A program made the translations under genes and the position numbers. Below the pieces are notes generated by a model, which saw nothing but the letters and a program-made list of their open reading frames with translations, ran no database searches and had not been told where the DNA came from. DNA of 63,045 nt, the filler included, from Octopus bimaculoides (Eukaryota): NCBI RefSeq assembly GCF_001194135.2. It is 3 parts of 2 records of this genome, joined end to end, with 100 filler letters (N's around TTAATTAATTAA, not from the genome) between each part and the next. Parts side by side here need not be neighbours in the genome. Positions count along the whole stretch, not along the records: positions 36,273 to 63,045 come from NC_068981.1; 2 more parts are not named here. The stretch is one strand, 5' to 3'. Below are positions 49,801 to 62,933 of this stretch, piece by piece (the first letter of the stretch is position 1; every line of letters begins with the position of its first letter).

Positions 49801-51751
49801 AACAGGTCAGTGTTGCGCCGCTTCATTAGCCTTATTTTCCTCTACACAAGCGTGCAGCTGATTTTGTTCCGTGTAGTGGCAATACTGAAACTAATACTTC
49901 ATCATAGAAACATTATTTTCGATGCTCGCCGATAATACAGTGGTATTCTCCTCTCTTTAACGGATATTTACCAAGCTATTGCAACACAGAAAAATTACTA
50001 GTAGGGATTGAGAAAAAAGCCACATGAGTAGCAATATTTATACCGACCAGAAATTATTATTTTTTCCTGATGACAGGTATGTTTCTAGAGAAATTAAATT
50101 AATTTATATTGAGAGAAAGCTCTCTACTCAGTCCTCTATGAAATTATCTCATAATTTCACAAGGACATCATAATTTCCATCGGAAGAATTTATTAAGATG
50201 TAGCAGATCAAATTCCCGAGAGATACTCAATAAGTTTGTTGTAGGAAATAAGAATTTAATGTCATCGAAATAAATCATCTTGTCTCATACTGTCAAATTT
50301 GTGTGGCCCCTTAATGAATATTGATTCAGTTAAAATATAGTCTCTGCTAAGATGCGTTTTGCTTTATTGTTTAGTTTGCCACAATTACTTTCGTATAACT
50401 GATTAAAAAGAAAATAAACTATTAATTTCCGTTATTCCAAGCATCTGCGTGCAGAGGCAAGTTTCTTCAGGTTTATTGTAATTTACAGCAATTGAGTACT
50501 TTTTGAATTACAACTTCCATTTAAAAGTCAATAATTATTAGAAACTCGAACTACAAGTATCTTTCTTCTTTGAACGTTTAATTGAAATTCAAGTTAATTA
50601 GAGAAAAATGCAAATATAGTTTAAATATTCAGATGATATATTGGGCAACCTGTTAAAAATACCGAAGCCATCAAAAATGCTGATTCGGATGATAATGCTA
50701 GGTTTGCTATTGAATATATTTTTGAAACTTGATCTGAATATGTATATATGCATGTATATGTGTATGAACATATTCATGTATGCATGTGTGTATGGATTGA
50801 TGCATGGATATATCCATGTGTATATGTATCTGTGTGTATTCATGTGTCTGCATGTGTGTATTTATGTATGTATTGATCATAAATATACAGATGCTTTCAA
50901 AAATTAAATATAACGTATTTTCAATATTATATAATATGATGCGTTAGCAGATCTCTCATTTGCGGATGAGAAGTGAACAATAATTAACCTCCGTCGAAAT
51001 GAGTGTATTTACGCATACGTTTAATGGTTTTCAAATGATAAACTCAAGAATTGAAACAATCAAAACAGAAATATCTGCGAATCTCAAAATATTTACACAA
51101 CAAACACAAAACATTCAATGCTTTCTCTTTTTGCATAGAAAATAATTAGTATTAATTTATTTTTCAATTCCGCACCTTCTTAGCTAGTAGAAATACGTTT
51201 GAAATCATTTTGAAACAGATTTTCATAGCTATACTTTGTTCCTGGCAAATCTGCCCAACCCACGTCTCAATAAGCATTCCATCACAATCTTTTTAATCAT
51301 ATTAAAAGTAAAATGACAGAATGGAACAATTATTGCAGTACCAACACACGGAATTAGAGTTCAATATCTTTCACTCATATCGAAGAATATTCAAGAAATC
51401 TTTTTCATTATATCTACATCAATGAAAAAAGAGCTTGCAGTTGGGGGTTTTATCTAGGATTTGTGTCTGAAAGATTTTTCTACATTATCAATTTTTCCCC
51501 AAAACATTGCAGAAAATGGGAGTTACATACATCTATGGGGAACATTTTAATATTTCTACAGTCAATCATTTAAGTTGCCTACATTCCTTTCTTGAAGGAA
51601 AGATTCTAATATCTACGAATATTAAACCTAAATGCTTTATTTTTAGGGCTAATATTGCTGTTGTTTCGATAAAAGAAGAAATAGATGCCCACGCACTGCA
51701 CATGGAAATGTAAATGTGCATACATAAATGAGTATGCGTATACTTACATGC

Positions 51752-51783
<32 letters not shown>

Positions 51784-52802
51784 ACATATATGTATATTTA
51801 TATACATATGTATGTGTGTGTGTGTGCGCATGCGCGCGCGTGTGTGTAGTAAATATAAACAGAAAACGACAGATTTATTGAGACAAGTATCAGGCTGAGT
51901 AAAAAGTAAGCAACGTTTTGAGACACGAAATCCATCACAATATATTTCAATAATGCGGAAATTTTATTCATGAAGCTAAGTACCATTACAATCTGCACAT
52001 TTTTGCTAACGACGCAGGAAGGCATCAAGGTACTTGAAAAAGTGGTAGTCGGTGGGAGAAAGTTCTTAGGAATAAGACGGATGGGGACGAACATCGTAAC
52101 CAAGTTCCTTCAACATCTGGAGCGTCATTAGTGAAACTTCTGGTCGAGCGTTGTCATGAAGTATGATTAGCCCTCTTCTTTTGGCAGCGGTTTTTCGTTC
52201 ATTTTGGCAATGTCATGGCAATATGTTTCTGCCGTAATGAATTTTCCGGGTTTTAAGAAGTTATATTGGACGAGACCAGTAGTAAACTACAAAACATCCA
52301 CCATAACCTTCTTTTTGAAGAGTTCGGGTTGAGTGAAAGTTGCAATACGGTCGAGAAGCAGATTGGTCTGGTTACGGAGATGACCCGACGAGCAAATTTC
52401 GTATCTGCGCATTTTCTGATTTTCATTCAAATCGTGTGGTACCATTTGTCGAATTGTTTTGATTTTCTGATCGCATGCAAATGATTGTAGCTAGTTTTCA
52501 GGCTAGCTTGAAGTTCTTTTGCCAGTTGTCGATTGGTTTTACGTGGATATTTCTCAATGACGGTCTTTAATTGAGAGATATCGATGATAGATGTGCGTCC
52601 ACTACGCTCACGATCTTCAAAGCTCAGGTCTCAACTGCGAAATCATTTAAATCATTTTCGAGTGGACCACTCACTGGTCATTTTCTCACCAAACGTTTCG
52701 CTATCTTGAGCAGTCTCAGCTGCTTAACATCCTTTTTGAAATTGAATAGCGGAAATGCTTGAATATCGCGCTTTGACAGTTCCATTCCAGATGATTGTAA
52801 CA

Positions 52803-55574
52803 AAGATTTCTTTATTGACCGGGGGGTGGCAAGCATAAATGGACGGTACAAATGAAGGAGGGGTCGTTGGTACGCATGGTTTTTACACAGGGATGACAAG
52901 TTAAAAATTTATATAGATCGAATGATAAACGTAATAAATGCACAAATAATGAAGTGGAGGATGGGTTTTGTTTCGACTCCGCAAGGCCCGTGCCACTACT
53001 TGAATCTTTATTATAATCTTTAGAGTTGTTGGCCTCGAGGTGGTGGTTAAGCACCATTCTCTCAGCCAAAACTCGGGGCACGGAGCCAGATTCCTGTGAT
53101 TCGTTTAGAGCCCTAACTAAAGCCCTTTTCTTAGCCACGAATTGTTTGCTATAATTAATAGATTCAGATTTTATGGCTCTTTTGAGGGCATACCACTATT
53201 TGTTGTTAATAATGGCACCACATAATGACCTCACCACTAACTGCTTAATCTGATTCCTTTACTCCTTATGAGCCAAAGGCGACTTATTGAGTTTCCAGTA
53301 GCCGGATCCCTGTCTACGTAACTTATTTAAGTTCAGCCTAGAGGTCACAAATGTGTTATCGCTGTAGCTGGCATAGCAAAATTGTGGACGACTAACTATT
53401 TCGCTAATTAGAATCCTGTCTATGTAAGACCTAGATGACTCATCGCTATTAGTCCATGTCCACATTGGAGCATCTGGGAAAAATAGTATGTACCTATCTG
53501 CATGCTGAAATCGACTGAGCAGATTATTGAAGCGCGGGTTTCCCCTTCTATCAGTAGAGGAGCTAATGTAATCCACGCAGGCATCGCAGATTACGTCAAA
53601 GTCACCTAAAATTACTATGGTGTGAGATGTCCCAAGAAAGTTCTCCAAATCTCGAAAATAATCATACTGTCTAAGTTCCCGAAGGAGCATAGACACCTAC
53701 CAATCTGAAGGCCTTATCCCTGCTTAGTGTCACGTCAAGAATGACCAACCTACCTTCCGAGTCGATGAAGATAGTTCTGGTCTCTAAATCCGATTTTTTT
53801 TTTCTGAGCAGTACAGCAACGTCTCTCCCTCCACCAGGAAACCATGGGGAAATAACTTTTTCGTAGCCATTTAGGAGGAGGAAAGTCTCTTTGACTTCTC
53901 AGTCTGGACTCTGTAGCAACTATGATATCCAGACTATGCGACCAGAAGTCATTCAGTAAAAACGACCTTGTCTCTACTCTGACCCCAGGCCGCGTACGTT
54001 CAAACACCCTACATTAAGAATATCAATAATGCTTATACTTACAGTTTGAGATGTGGTGGCACATCCGTCTCATTCCTTTTGTTTTTCGTCCGGGGCTTGT
54101 GGCATGTCGTTGACTAGGCCATCAAGTATTAGTGGGGAAAAGTCTTTCCTCAGGGAGCCCAGGTCTTTTTTTTTTTTTGATCGGATAGCCAGCATGTTAT
54201 AAATGGCTCTGTCTATTTTATAAATAGCAATGTTTTGGGGGATGTTTTTTTTTTCCTCGTAGTTTTTGGCTAGGTTGGCCAAATTTGCAATGTATTTTAG
54301 TCGCTGCAGTAGTGTTCTTTTTACTCGTCACAACTACAGTATAATCCATGTTTAGACGGGTGAGGAATACTTGGTGCTGGGAGGTTTTTGTAGTTGTGTA
54401 ATCTGATGGTTGTTTTTTTCTTTTAATTTTCATGCAGGGCTAGCAGGGTTGGATTTTTTTTTTCCGGAGAAAATTTCCTACCTTTCTACTTGGGCTTCTC
54501 TATATACTCTTCCTCGGTTTCATTTTCTGATGTTTCATCCTGCGTTTCACCTGTAGCTTCTTCTGTTTGTTTAGTTTCAGATAAGGGAGTCGATGCATTT
54601 TTGACTGCACTTGTAGCAACTAGACATCTTCCCCTCAGCCTTAACTCGAAACTTGGTCTCCCCTACCTGTATAGTTTTTATAATATTTTCTAAATCAGTC
54701 GCGTCAGTCTGTATAATCATTTCGAAGCCTTGCCCCAGCGAATTCTGCAGTCCAAGAGTTGAGGCATGGAGAATTGTGATCTTATCTTCCAAGACATTTA
54801 TTATGGCTGTCACCAGCCAAGCAGGATCTGCTCCGGGTGGGATGCCCTCTACCTTAATCTTGGAATTCCGTATCCCAAGATAAGTAGGTAGGAGAACTAC
54901 CTCCGCGGTTTTTAATGGCACCGTTGATGCTTGTTTTGCCTTTTCCTCGGTTTTAAAACGGAATTCTATGGTGGCATACTTCACTCCTCTTGTGACGTAT
55001 ACCAAACTGGACGGAGGCACAGCTCCACTCCCACTTTACTTGCGTTATCCATTTTTTTGTTTTACTTTGGTCACAAATGATTTATATATCACAGTGCACC
55101 GCATTGCAATCTGCGTCGTTTCGCTGGGAGGGAAAATCATTGTTTTGATCCCCTCCCTTTTCGTCATACCTTTGTATTTTCCGAGCTCATCGCTTCCATA
55201 ATTTATTGTCTCTTTTCAAACACCGGCCGCTGATGCAATATTGCTAGCTTTTTTTCCTTGCATAAACACTTCTCCTGCCGGCATGCTAATTAAAGCTGCG
55301 CTGTCTTCTCCGCTTCTGATATCTTCACTTGTACCAGATTCACTGCTGGTCTTGGTTTTCATAGGTGATTTGTCCATTTATTATTTTTTTTTTTTGAAAA
55401 CTACATTTTCCTCCTTCACACAAGCAGAACAGTGGGTGTTTAAAACAACTCTCAACAAAAGTTAAACAACGCAATATGTCAACAGTACAAATTCAACAAT
55501 TAAACACAAATATTACAACCTACATCAAACATTTCGGACAATGCACAAACAAAAATTACGATCAACTCGGTCAG
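52803..55574 (-). mobile_element. L1/Tx1-clade non-LTR retrotransposon A (ORF1 + APE endonuclease, RT deleted)
   Basis: ORF1 relic with RVKAEGKMSSCYKC knuckle (54577..55020); APE motifs LNVRGL (~54000), ATES, LGDFD, SYIDRIL, SDN, GYWKLN (53259..53696); 3' end AATAAAGAAATCTT abutting the target copy. Confidence 0.85.
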
Positions 55575-55588
55575 AGATGATTGTAACA

Positions 55589-57041
55589 TATTTCATTTTA
55601 TTGGCTAGTATGACCCTACCCGAAGGGATGATCAAGGACAGAAAAGACAGCACAAGTGGAGACAAAAAACAGAAACGGATGAATGAAATAAATTATATAA
55701 AAATGAAGATTTAATGGCTACTCGACCACACTTCCTAGTAGTACAATTTTAACTATATTTTCTTTTCCACTATTTTCAAATCCTACGCTTATCCAAATAA
55801 TTAAGTGAATGAAATGTGTCTTCAATTTTGCAAATTCAACCACAGGCGGCAAATGGTCACACCTTATCTCTAACCCTAATGGGTTTACGTCGCCCCCAAA
55901 GTTTGCTTTCAATGTTTTTTTATAGTTTTTTTTTAATGTCAATCAATATGCATTCGGTACCTGGAACTCGTATATTATCCTCTTCTGCAACTCTTATCAC
56001 TGACTTCATCTTCCCGACTTTTTCTTCGATAACCGCATTCGTCCAGTAGTGTGTTAAATACGCCCTATAGTTTAACTGTTCTGTTTCTATTGTGTGTCTG
56101 CTTCTGTGTCTGCTTCTGTGCCTGCTTGTTTGTATTCAATTGGGGAATCTGTACTGTCAGTATTTGTTCGTTTATACCTACCTGAGTTGCATGTCAGTGA
56201 TTGCGAATATTTTACTGAAGTTACTGGGCTGTAGGTGCGTGGTTATGTATATTTAGTTGGGGATTCTGCGCTGTCTGCGATATTCTTGCGTGTTTGTTGT
56301 AATGTGGAATGCTTTGTGGGCGTTCGTTTCTTTTTCTTTCTGGAGTTCTTTGGAGGTGGGGAGTTTTCATGTCTTTCCGCTTCCTGTTCTGTATTTCTTG
56401 GACTTCATCTCTGCTCTCGGCATCTACCTCTCTTCGTACCTTCCTTCAGCTTCTCGTCCTTGCTACTTTCCTCTTGTCTCACCTCCATTGATGTTTGGTC
56501 GTTGAGAAGGGTGAAATTTGCCTTAATATGGTCCTTCTCTCTGCAGTAGTAGCATGTGGGACGTCTTCCCTCCACCACCACACGCAGCTTCGCATATCTG
56601 GCAACTCTATTTCTTCTGTTATTTCTTGTACGTTTAGTGTGGTGGCCTGGATTATGACTTCTAGGCCATATCCCCCCAATTCAGTTGTTTAGTACAGCTT
56701 ACCTGCAGCTCCTGAGGGTCGTCTTTTGTGTTTATTGATATAGCTACAAGGAGTTACATCTCGTTGTTTTCCGGGGGCACTCTGCCAATCCACACTCTCG
56801 CTACTCGTTACCCGAGATAGGTTTGCAGGAATATCCATTTTCCCGTTTTTAAGGTTACACTGGAATGCGCACCTCCACTGTACCAAACCTCCTTCCTCTA
56901 CAGTAGAATTCGATGTTACTTTTCTCTTTCAAGCATTCTTCCAAATCTCCTTCGTTTCTCCCGCTAGGGAGAACGTTAAACCAAGGATAATCTATCCGCA
57001 ACTATACAAAATCAATTCTGAACGATACAATCTCGTCGGAA
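55589..57041 (-). mobile_element. L1/Tx1-clade non-LTR retrotransposon B (ORF1 relic, ORF2 mostly deleted)
   Basis: ORF1 zinc knuckle RVVVEGRRPTCYYCREKDHIKAN at ~56515-56580; 3' end AATAAAATGAAATA abutting the target copy. Confidence 0.7.
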
Positions 57042-57489
57042 AGCTAATTGGAACAACGGTGAAACAAATATCAATGTTAATTTATTGATGCATTTGGGCA
57101 AGCCTCTGTTGTATTATCAGACAATTGCAAAAAAAAAATAACGTTTAAAAAAGTTGAAACTCTGCAAAAATCCGGTACAAATTCTTCATGATTCAAAACG
57201 TTGCTTACTTTTTACTTAACCTGATAGTTAAAGAGGCTTACAGAAGAAGTCTACGTGAATATAAAGTATTCCTTTTCTTGATTACTTGAGACGAAATGTG
57301 CTAAAGTGATAGATTTCAAGTTTCCTCACTGTGAAATAGCATTGATAATCCACTCAAATATTTAAAATATTTTTACTAAATATCATGCATTTCTAGCCAG
57401 GGATTAATTGCCTCGTAATTCTTGCTGTATACTCGTAAGTTGTAAATAAGCTTACATGATAAAAAATACTACAATGAAAAATAATATTG

Positions 57490-57930
57490 GTTTAAAACTT
57501 TGGCACATGGACAAGAATGTCTGGGGAGGGGGTAAGTCGATTACATCTACCCAAATTTTCGATGGGAACTCATTTTAGCGACCCAAAAAAGATGAAAGGC
57601 AACGTCCACATAGGTGCAATTAGAAATCAGCAGGTAAAGATGAATGAAATGTCGTTAAGCAATTTAAGCGTGCGGTAAATATTTATTTCTTTATTGCGCG
57701 CCGGGGGTTAAACTTAGAAGGTACAAACAAGGGGGTTAAACATAGAAGGTACAAACAATTAAGTCGATTACATCGAACCCAGTGCGTAACTGGTACTTAT
57801 TTAATCGACCCCGAAGGAATGACAGGCAAAGTCGACCTCGGCGGTATTTGAACTCAGAACGTAACGGCAGTTGAAATACCGCTAAGCAGTTCGCCGGCGT
57901 GCTAACGATTCTGCCAGCTAGCCGCCCTAA
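57490..57930 (-). mobile_element. Two tandem inverted copies of the second SINE family
   Basis: Degenerate copy 57490-57660 and better copy 57765-57930, separated by a 28-bp tandem duplication GGGGGTTAAAC(T/A)TAGAAGGTACAAACAA at 57703-57758. Confidence 0.75.
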
Positions 57931-58186
57931 ACTTGCGGGAAATATTGTGCCACTAGCGGCATAACAAAGAATATTTACGTCATAATATATCCTCTGGTAT
58001 GTTATCTACACATAGGGTTTCACATTGTAAGACCATTGAATAATTTGATAAATATTTTCTTTCATTTACCTGAAAAAGAATGACCTTCTTCTCGGATCGG
58101 CTTTAGTGATTTAATGCATGTCACTGATTGAAATATAAGTGATCTTGTCATCGATGCAACATAATAAAATGAGGTTGTATAAAACA

Positions 58187-58380
58187 CAGCCTATAGTAGG
58201 TAAAATCATGTCTATATGCAGACTATAGTAGGTAAAATCATGTCTATATGCAGACTATAGTAGGTAAAATCATGTCTATATGCAGACTATAGTAGGTAAT
58301 ATCATGTCTATATGCAGACTATAGTAGGTAAAATCATGCCTATATGCAGACTATAGTAGGTAATATCATGTCTATATGCA
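58187..58380. repeat. 32-bp minisatellite, 6 copies
   Basis: Unit CTATAGTAGGTAA(A/T)ATCATG(T/C)CTATATGCAGA starting at 58191, 58223, 58255, 58287, 58319, 58351; no spacers. Confidence 0.95.
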
Positions 58381-58756
58381 TTTTTAAAGAAATATAATGA
58401 CAGAAAGGTATTTTACGAACAAAGTTATAATAGAACCAAGTGTACTTAGAATTATTGCCTGCATAAGTAGGGCGGCAATATGGAAGAATCACTAGCACGC
58501 CGTACAGAAATCTATAGTAACATTTTTTCTGGTTTCATAATATGAATTCAAAATCCATTGAGTTCGACTTTGCCTTTCATAACATTTTGGAGTTGATGAA
58601 ACACATCCCAACTGAGCTCAGAAGTTGATATAATCCATTATCATCCCCGCTCTAAAATCGTCACTATACACCAGTAGCTGAAAGGAATAGTACATATACC
58701 TTTAAAATTTGTATAATTTACACTAATGCAATACTTATATTGAATTTATAAATATC

Positions 58757-59149
58757 AGGTGCAGGAGTGGCTGTGTGGTTAGTAGCAGGCGCAGGAGTGG
58801 CTGTGTGGTAAGTAGCTTGTTCACCAACCACATGGTTTCGGGTTCAGTCCTACTGCGTGGCACTTTGACCGAAGCCTTGTGAGCGGATTTGATAGACGGA
58901 AACTGAAAGAAGACCGTTGTATATATGTATATGTATATGTGTGTGTGTGTTTGTGTGTCTGTTTTTCCCCCCAACATCACTTGACAACCGATGCTGGTGC
59001 GTTTATGTCCCCCTAACTTAGCGGTTCGGCAAAAGAAACAGATCGAATAAGTACTAGGCTTACAAAGAGTAAGTCCTGGGGTCCATTTGCTGGACTAAAG
59101 GCAGTGCTCCAGTATGGCCGCAGTCAAATGACTGAAACAAGTAAAGAGA
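58757..59149 (+). mobile_element. tRNA-derived SINE, full length, with duplicated 30-bp head
   Basis: AGG(T/C)GCAGGAGTGGCTGTGTGGT(T/A)AGTAGC twice (58757-58816), then standard body and GACTGAAACAAGTAAAGAG tail. Confidence 0.85.
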
Positions 59150-59626
59150 GTTTCATGGAAATAAAAATATACTTATGCTCAAATGCAAATTATGCTGTTT
59201 TTAAATTTCTTCTACCTTTTTTTATTAATCAAAGCAGCTAATCACTTTTGACTCAAGGCATCTCAATTTGGATGCTATGGGTTAACTAAGCGGTGCACAT
59301 ATTCAAGCGGCTTTTATAATGATAAGCAACATCAAACAAACAACAGAAATGTTGAACATTTTTCATCACAATTGTACAAAAATTGATGCTATGCGAAAGA
59401 TGCACTTCGACATTTGATTAGAAAAGACGTCCTTTGAAATATATTGACAGCTACACGCCATCAGATAGAATAATATATAATTATGTCTCTGTCACACAAC
59501 ACTGTAGTTGACAAATTTAACTTCTTCATTTCTACACTGTACGTCTGCTATGGTTTTATTTCCACGCTGATCTCTCTTCGTAATTCAAACTATTGATATC
59601 GTTTAACACACACACGCACATGTATT

Positions 59627-59680
<54 letters not shown>

Positions 59681-62274
59681 AATGTATATGTGTGAGTGGG
59701 TGTATTTGTGCGTGTGTGTCCGTGTGTATATACGTGTATGTTTATATATATTTATATACATACATTTAACTACATACATGCATTCATACACACACAAACA
59801 CTTACTTTCCTCCTTAGAAACACTCGATACATTTTCCTTACAAATCCATTGGCTTTGGATCCAGAAAATGTGGAATTCAATTTTCTAAAGCCAGTTCATT
59901 TGTTTATTTTTATATTCAGTGCAAGCAATTGTACTGATTAGAATTTCGTTACTTTTGTCTATTTTAATAATACATTCCTTTGCTGCTGCCAACGTAACTA
60001 CACTCATTTGTATATACATATGTTTTGCATGTGAAGGTGTTTGTGCAAGCATGTTGGCAGGTTTTAATTAATTTTACTCGAATCGTGTACATGTTATTCT
60101 GGTTATGATGCTGCTTTCACATTTTTACTTACTGTTCTGTGTAAAAATCTGATTCTTGTATTTATATAGCAGCCGCCATATGTCCGAATGCTGGACTTCT
60201 TGAATGTCTGAATATATTTTACTTCAGTATTATGTAGCACAATAATATTTCTCCACGGTATGTTTACAGCGGAAATTGTTTTACCCGTTTTCTTTATTAA
60301 TTTAGCAACAACAATTATAAAGATTCAGTTGACCGAACTAAAATTAATCACACATGCCATGTATTCACAACATATTTCTTTTCACATTCTCGCAACAAAT
60401 AAATGGAATGTATACAAATCTCGTTATATCATACCTTATCTATAGTAATATGACTCAGCAACTGAAAATAGCCATTTTTAAAATATATATCACAGATTGA
60501 TTTTCTAACAAACTTCAAAAATTAGATAGTGATGATGTGACAAGAAAGATAGAAGTATCGAGAAAGAAGATACCGGCACAAGGAGATAGTGCGGCATCAC
60601 CAGATTTCAAAGCTGGCATATTTTCCTTTTCATGGGCATCTCGATTATTTAATTTTCTTTAACTAAACACTTTGAAATTTCGGATACTAGTCGAATATGT
60701 CATATAGAACATATTTTAGTCTTAGCGTTGTTGAGAAAAGTTTCTCTTTTCGAAGTCATTTCGTGTTAAAGTTGTCGTATTTGGGTAATTTTGTTCACCT
60801 TGTTTCTTGAGCCAAAGCTTGTGTCTAACTTACATCCATTTTTAACATTATTCTTGTAATCTAAGATGGAAGCTTTCAGTCAGAATCTAAGGTTTTGTGT
60901 CCTGAATGGATGGATATAACATTGGTTCCAAATACAGAATTACACCACTTTCCTTTACAAAGTTTCTTTTTAATTTTTTACAGTATGTGGCGTACATGTT
61001 TCCGTGTCGCACCTTAATGAATATGTGTTCGTAGACGAAACCTCTTATGTAAGTGCGGCCGTATATTTTACCTTTGGCATATGAAACTTGAATGAACATA
61101 AATATCATATATTGTAAACACAGTAAACAATCAAAAAGGCAAGGGAACACAGAAATTGCATTTAACAAAAAGCTTAAATTGCATAAATACTTCATAGAAA
61201 TAAAAAACATTATAATATTACGGATATAAGAAATTCACGCGAAGGTTTAAAAGACAAGCAGAATGAGAGCGAAAAAAAAGAGAGAAATATTATGGTAATA
61301 TAAAAACGGGAAAAAGTTATTAAGTAGACAGGCTTGTTGGTTTGCAGAATAGTTAAGAATGGAAGGAATGCGTGTGTAAATACAAGTATAAGTGTCTATA
61401 TGTGAAACTGTAATTTAGTAGAGTGACGTATGCGATTTAGAATGTATATGTGTGTGTGTGAAAAATGCGCCAATTTGGAATTAATTTGAAGTTGTTTATT
61501 GTGGAGCTTTCTGATGGTTATTCTCCAATCTTTAGGTACGCTGTGTACAAACATGTATAGAAAGTGTTTAGAGAGAAAATAGAAAGAAGACGGGGTCAGA
61601 AATAGAATGAGAGCCTGTGTTGGAATAAAGATATTGCTTAACATCGAGGACAAGACCAAGTTAAATGTGTTGACGTGCGCGCACGTATATGACAGCATCA
61701 CGTAAATGTGTAAAGATTAAAAAAAATTGAAGATTTATAATAAAATTTAATACGAGAGAAAATTCTTTGAATTCATTAAAAGTAGGGAATTTAAAGAAAT
61801 TGTTAAAATCACAAAACCACCAGACAAAATGTTAACAGCTCCAGAGATTTTCGTACTGTATTAAGTGTACTGGAGATTTTTTTAAAATTTGCAAAGGAAT
61901 AGTATTTACTGTGATTATGATGCTATTAATATCCTCGAAATAAGTGCTGTAAAAGCTGGAAGCCAGATTGTATGCAGGTTGGTTATAATCATGATGCCAG
62001 CATGATAGAGAGGGTGAGTGGAAATATGAGATAGATAGGTAGATAGACAAATAGATAGGTACAAAGAGAGAGACAGCGCGCGCGAGCGCGCTAGCGCGAG
62101 AGAGAGAGAAGAAAGAAGGACAGAAATAAGAAAATATTAGTTAACATATTGACACTCGACATTTCTGTATTTGTCAAATATTGCCTTTTCGAAATTGTGT
62201 ATGCTATGTGATCAAAATGCATATCATGAGTTTCTTGCATACATGCACATGCACACACACACACACGCACACGC

Positions 62275-62318
<44 letters not shown>

Positions 62319-62763
62319 GTGTGTGTACATAGCTAACAAATACATATAATTTCACGTGTTTGATTTCTGATTTTGCATCTGATTTTCCTTACGCAGGGTA
62401 AATTCTGCTGTACTTAAATCGTTTTGATCCTTATTTTAAAGTCAATATCTTTCCGGCTATTTCCTAACTCTTAATAATCTCAATGAGTTACTTTCCTCAA
62501 ATAATTTAGGTGCAGGATCTTTCTAGTAATCTGTATGCATGATGACAGGAACTCCCCCTTTATGTGTGTCTGTAATTGTAATATCAATGTAAGAATGTCT
62601 TTTTTGTTTAACACACTTAGATTTTCCATTCACGTTTATATAAGTTTGATGAAGTGTCTTTATGTTCTTATTCTATCTGTAAATACACTAACATCTAATG
62701 TCGGCGATGGCAGGGTGAGGACAAACATAGGCACAAAGAAATACACGCGCAAACACACACACG

Positions 62764-62797
<34 letters not shown>

Positions 62798-62828
62798 CCC
62801 ACACACACACACTCACACATATATATAT

Positions 62829-62933
62829 AATTTGCGTGGGAGAATAATTGGTGTTGAGTTCATCCATCCCTCGTAAATATCTGCTTTGTTGGAATTTTTT
62901 ATCATCAACACCAATTATTCTCCCACGCAAATT
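62829..62933. repeat. Perfect 29-bp inverted repeat with 47-nt spacer
   Basis: AATTTGCGTGGGAGAATAATTGGTGTTGA (62829-62857) and its exact reverse complement (62905-62933). Confidence 0.92.

Larger units (their letters stand above)
51890..57224 (-). mobile_element. Mariner (Hsmar1-like) element with 32-bp TIRs, interrupted by two LINEs in its 5' UTR
   Basis: TIRs TCAGGCTGAGTAAAAAGTAAGCAACGTTTTGA (51890-51921) and the inverted copy at 57193-57224 (30/32 identical), TA on both flanks. Transposase starts at ATG 52785 (MELSKRDI..) with VPHDL, LHDNARP and SPTDYHFF motifs; frameshifted. Confidence 0.9.

Noticed and set aside
58187-58380. CRISPR array
   Set aside because: Repeats are head-to-tail with no unique spacers; eukaryotic context, no cas genes.
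19901-62876. Many 60-130 aa ORFs rich in C/V/Y/I/H/T
   Set aside because: Translations of (GT)n, (AT)n and (CA)n microsatellites.
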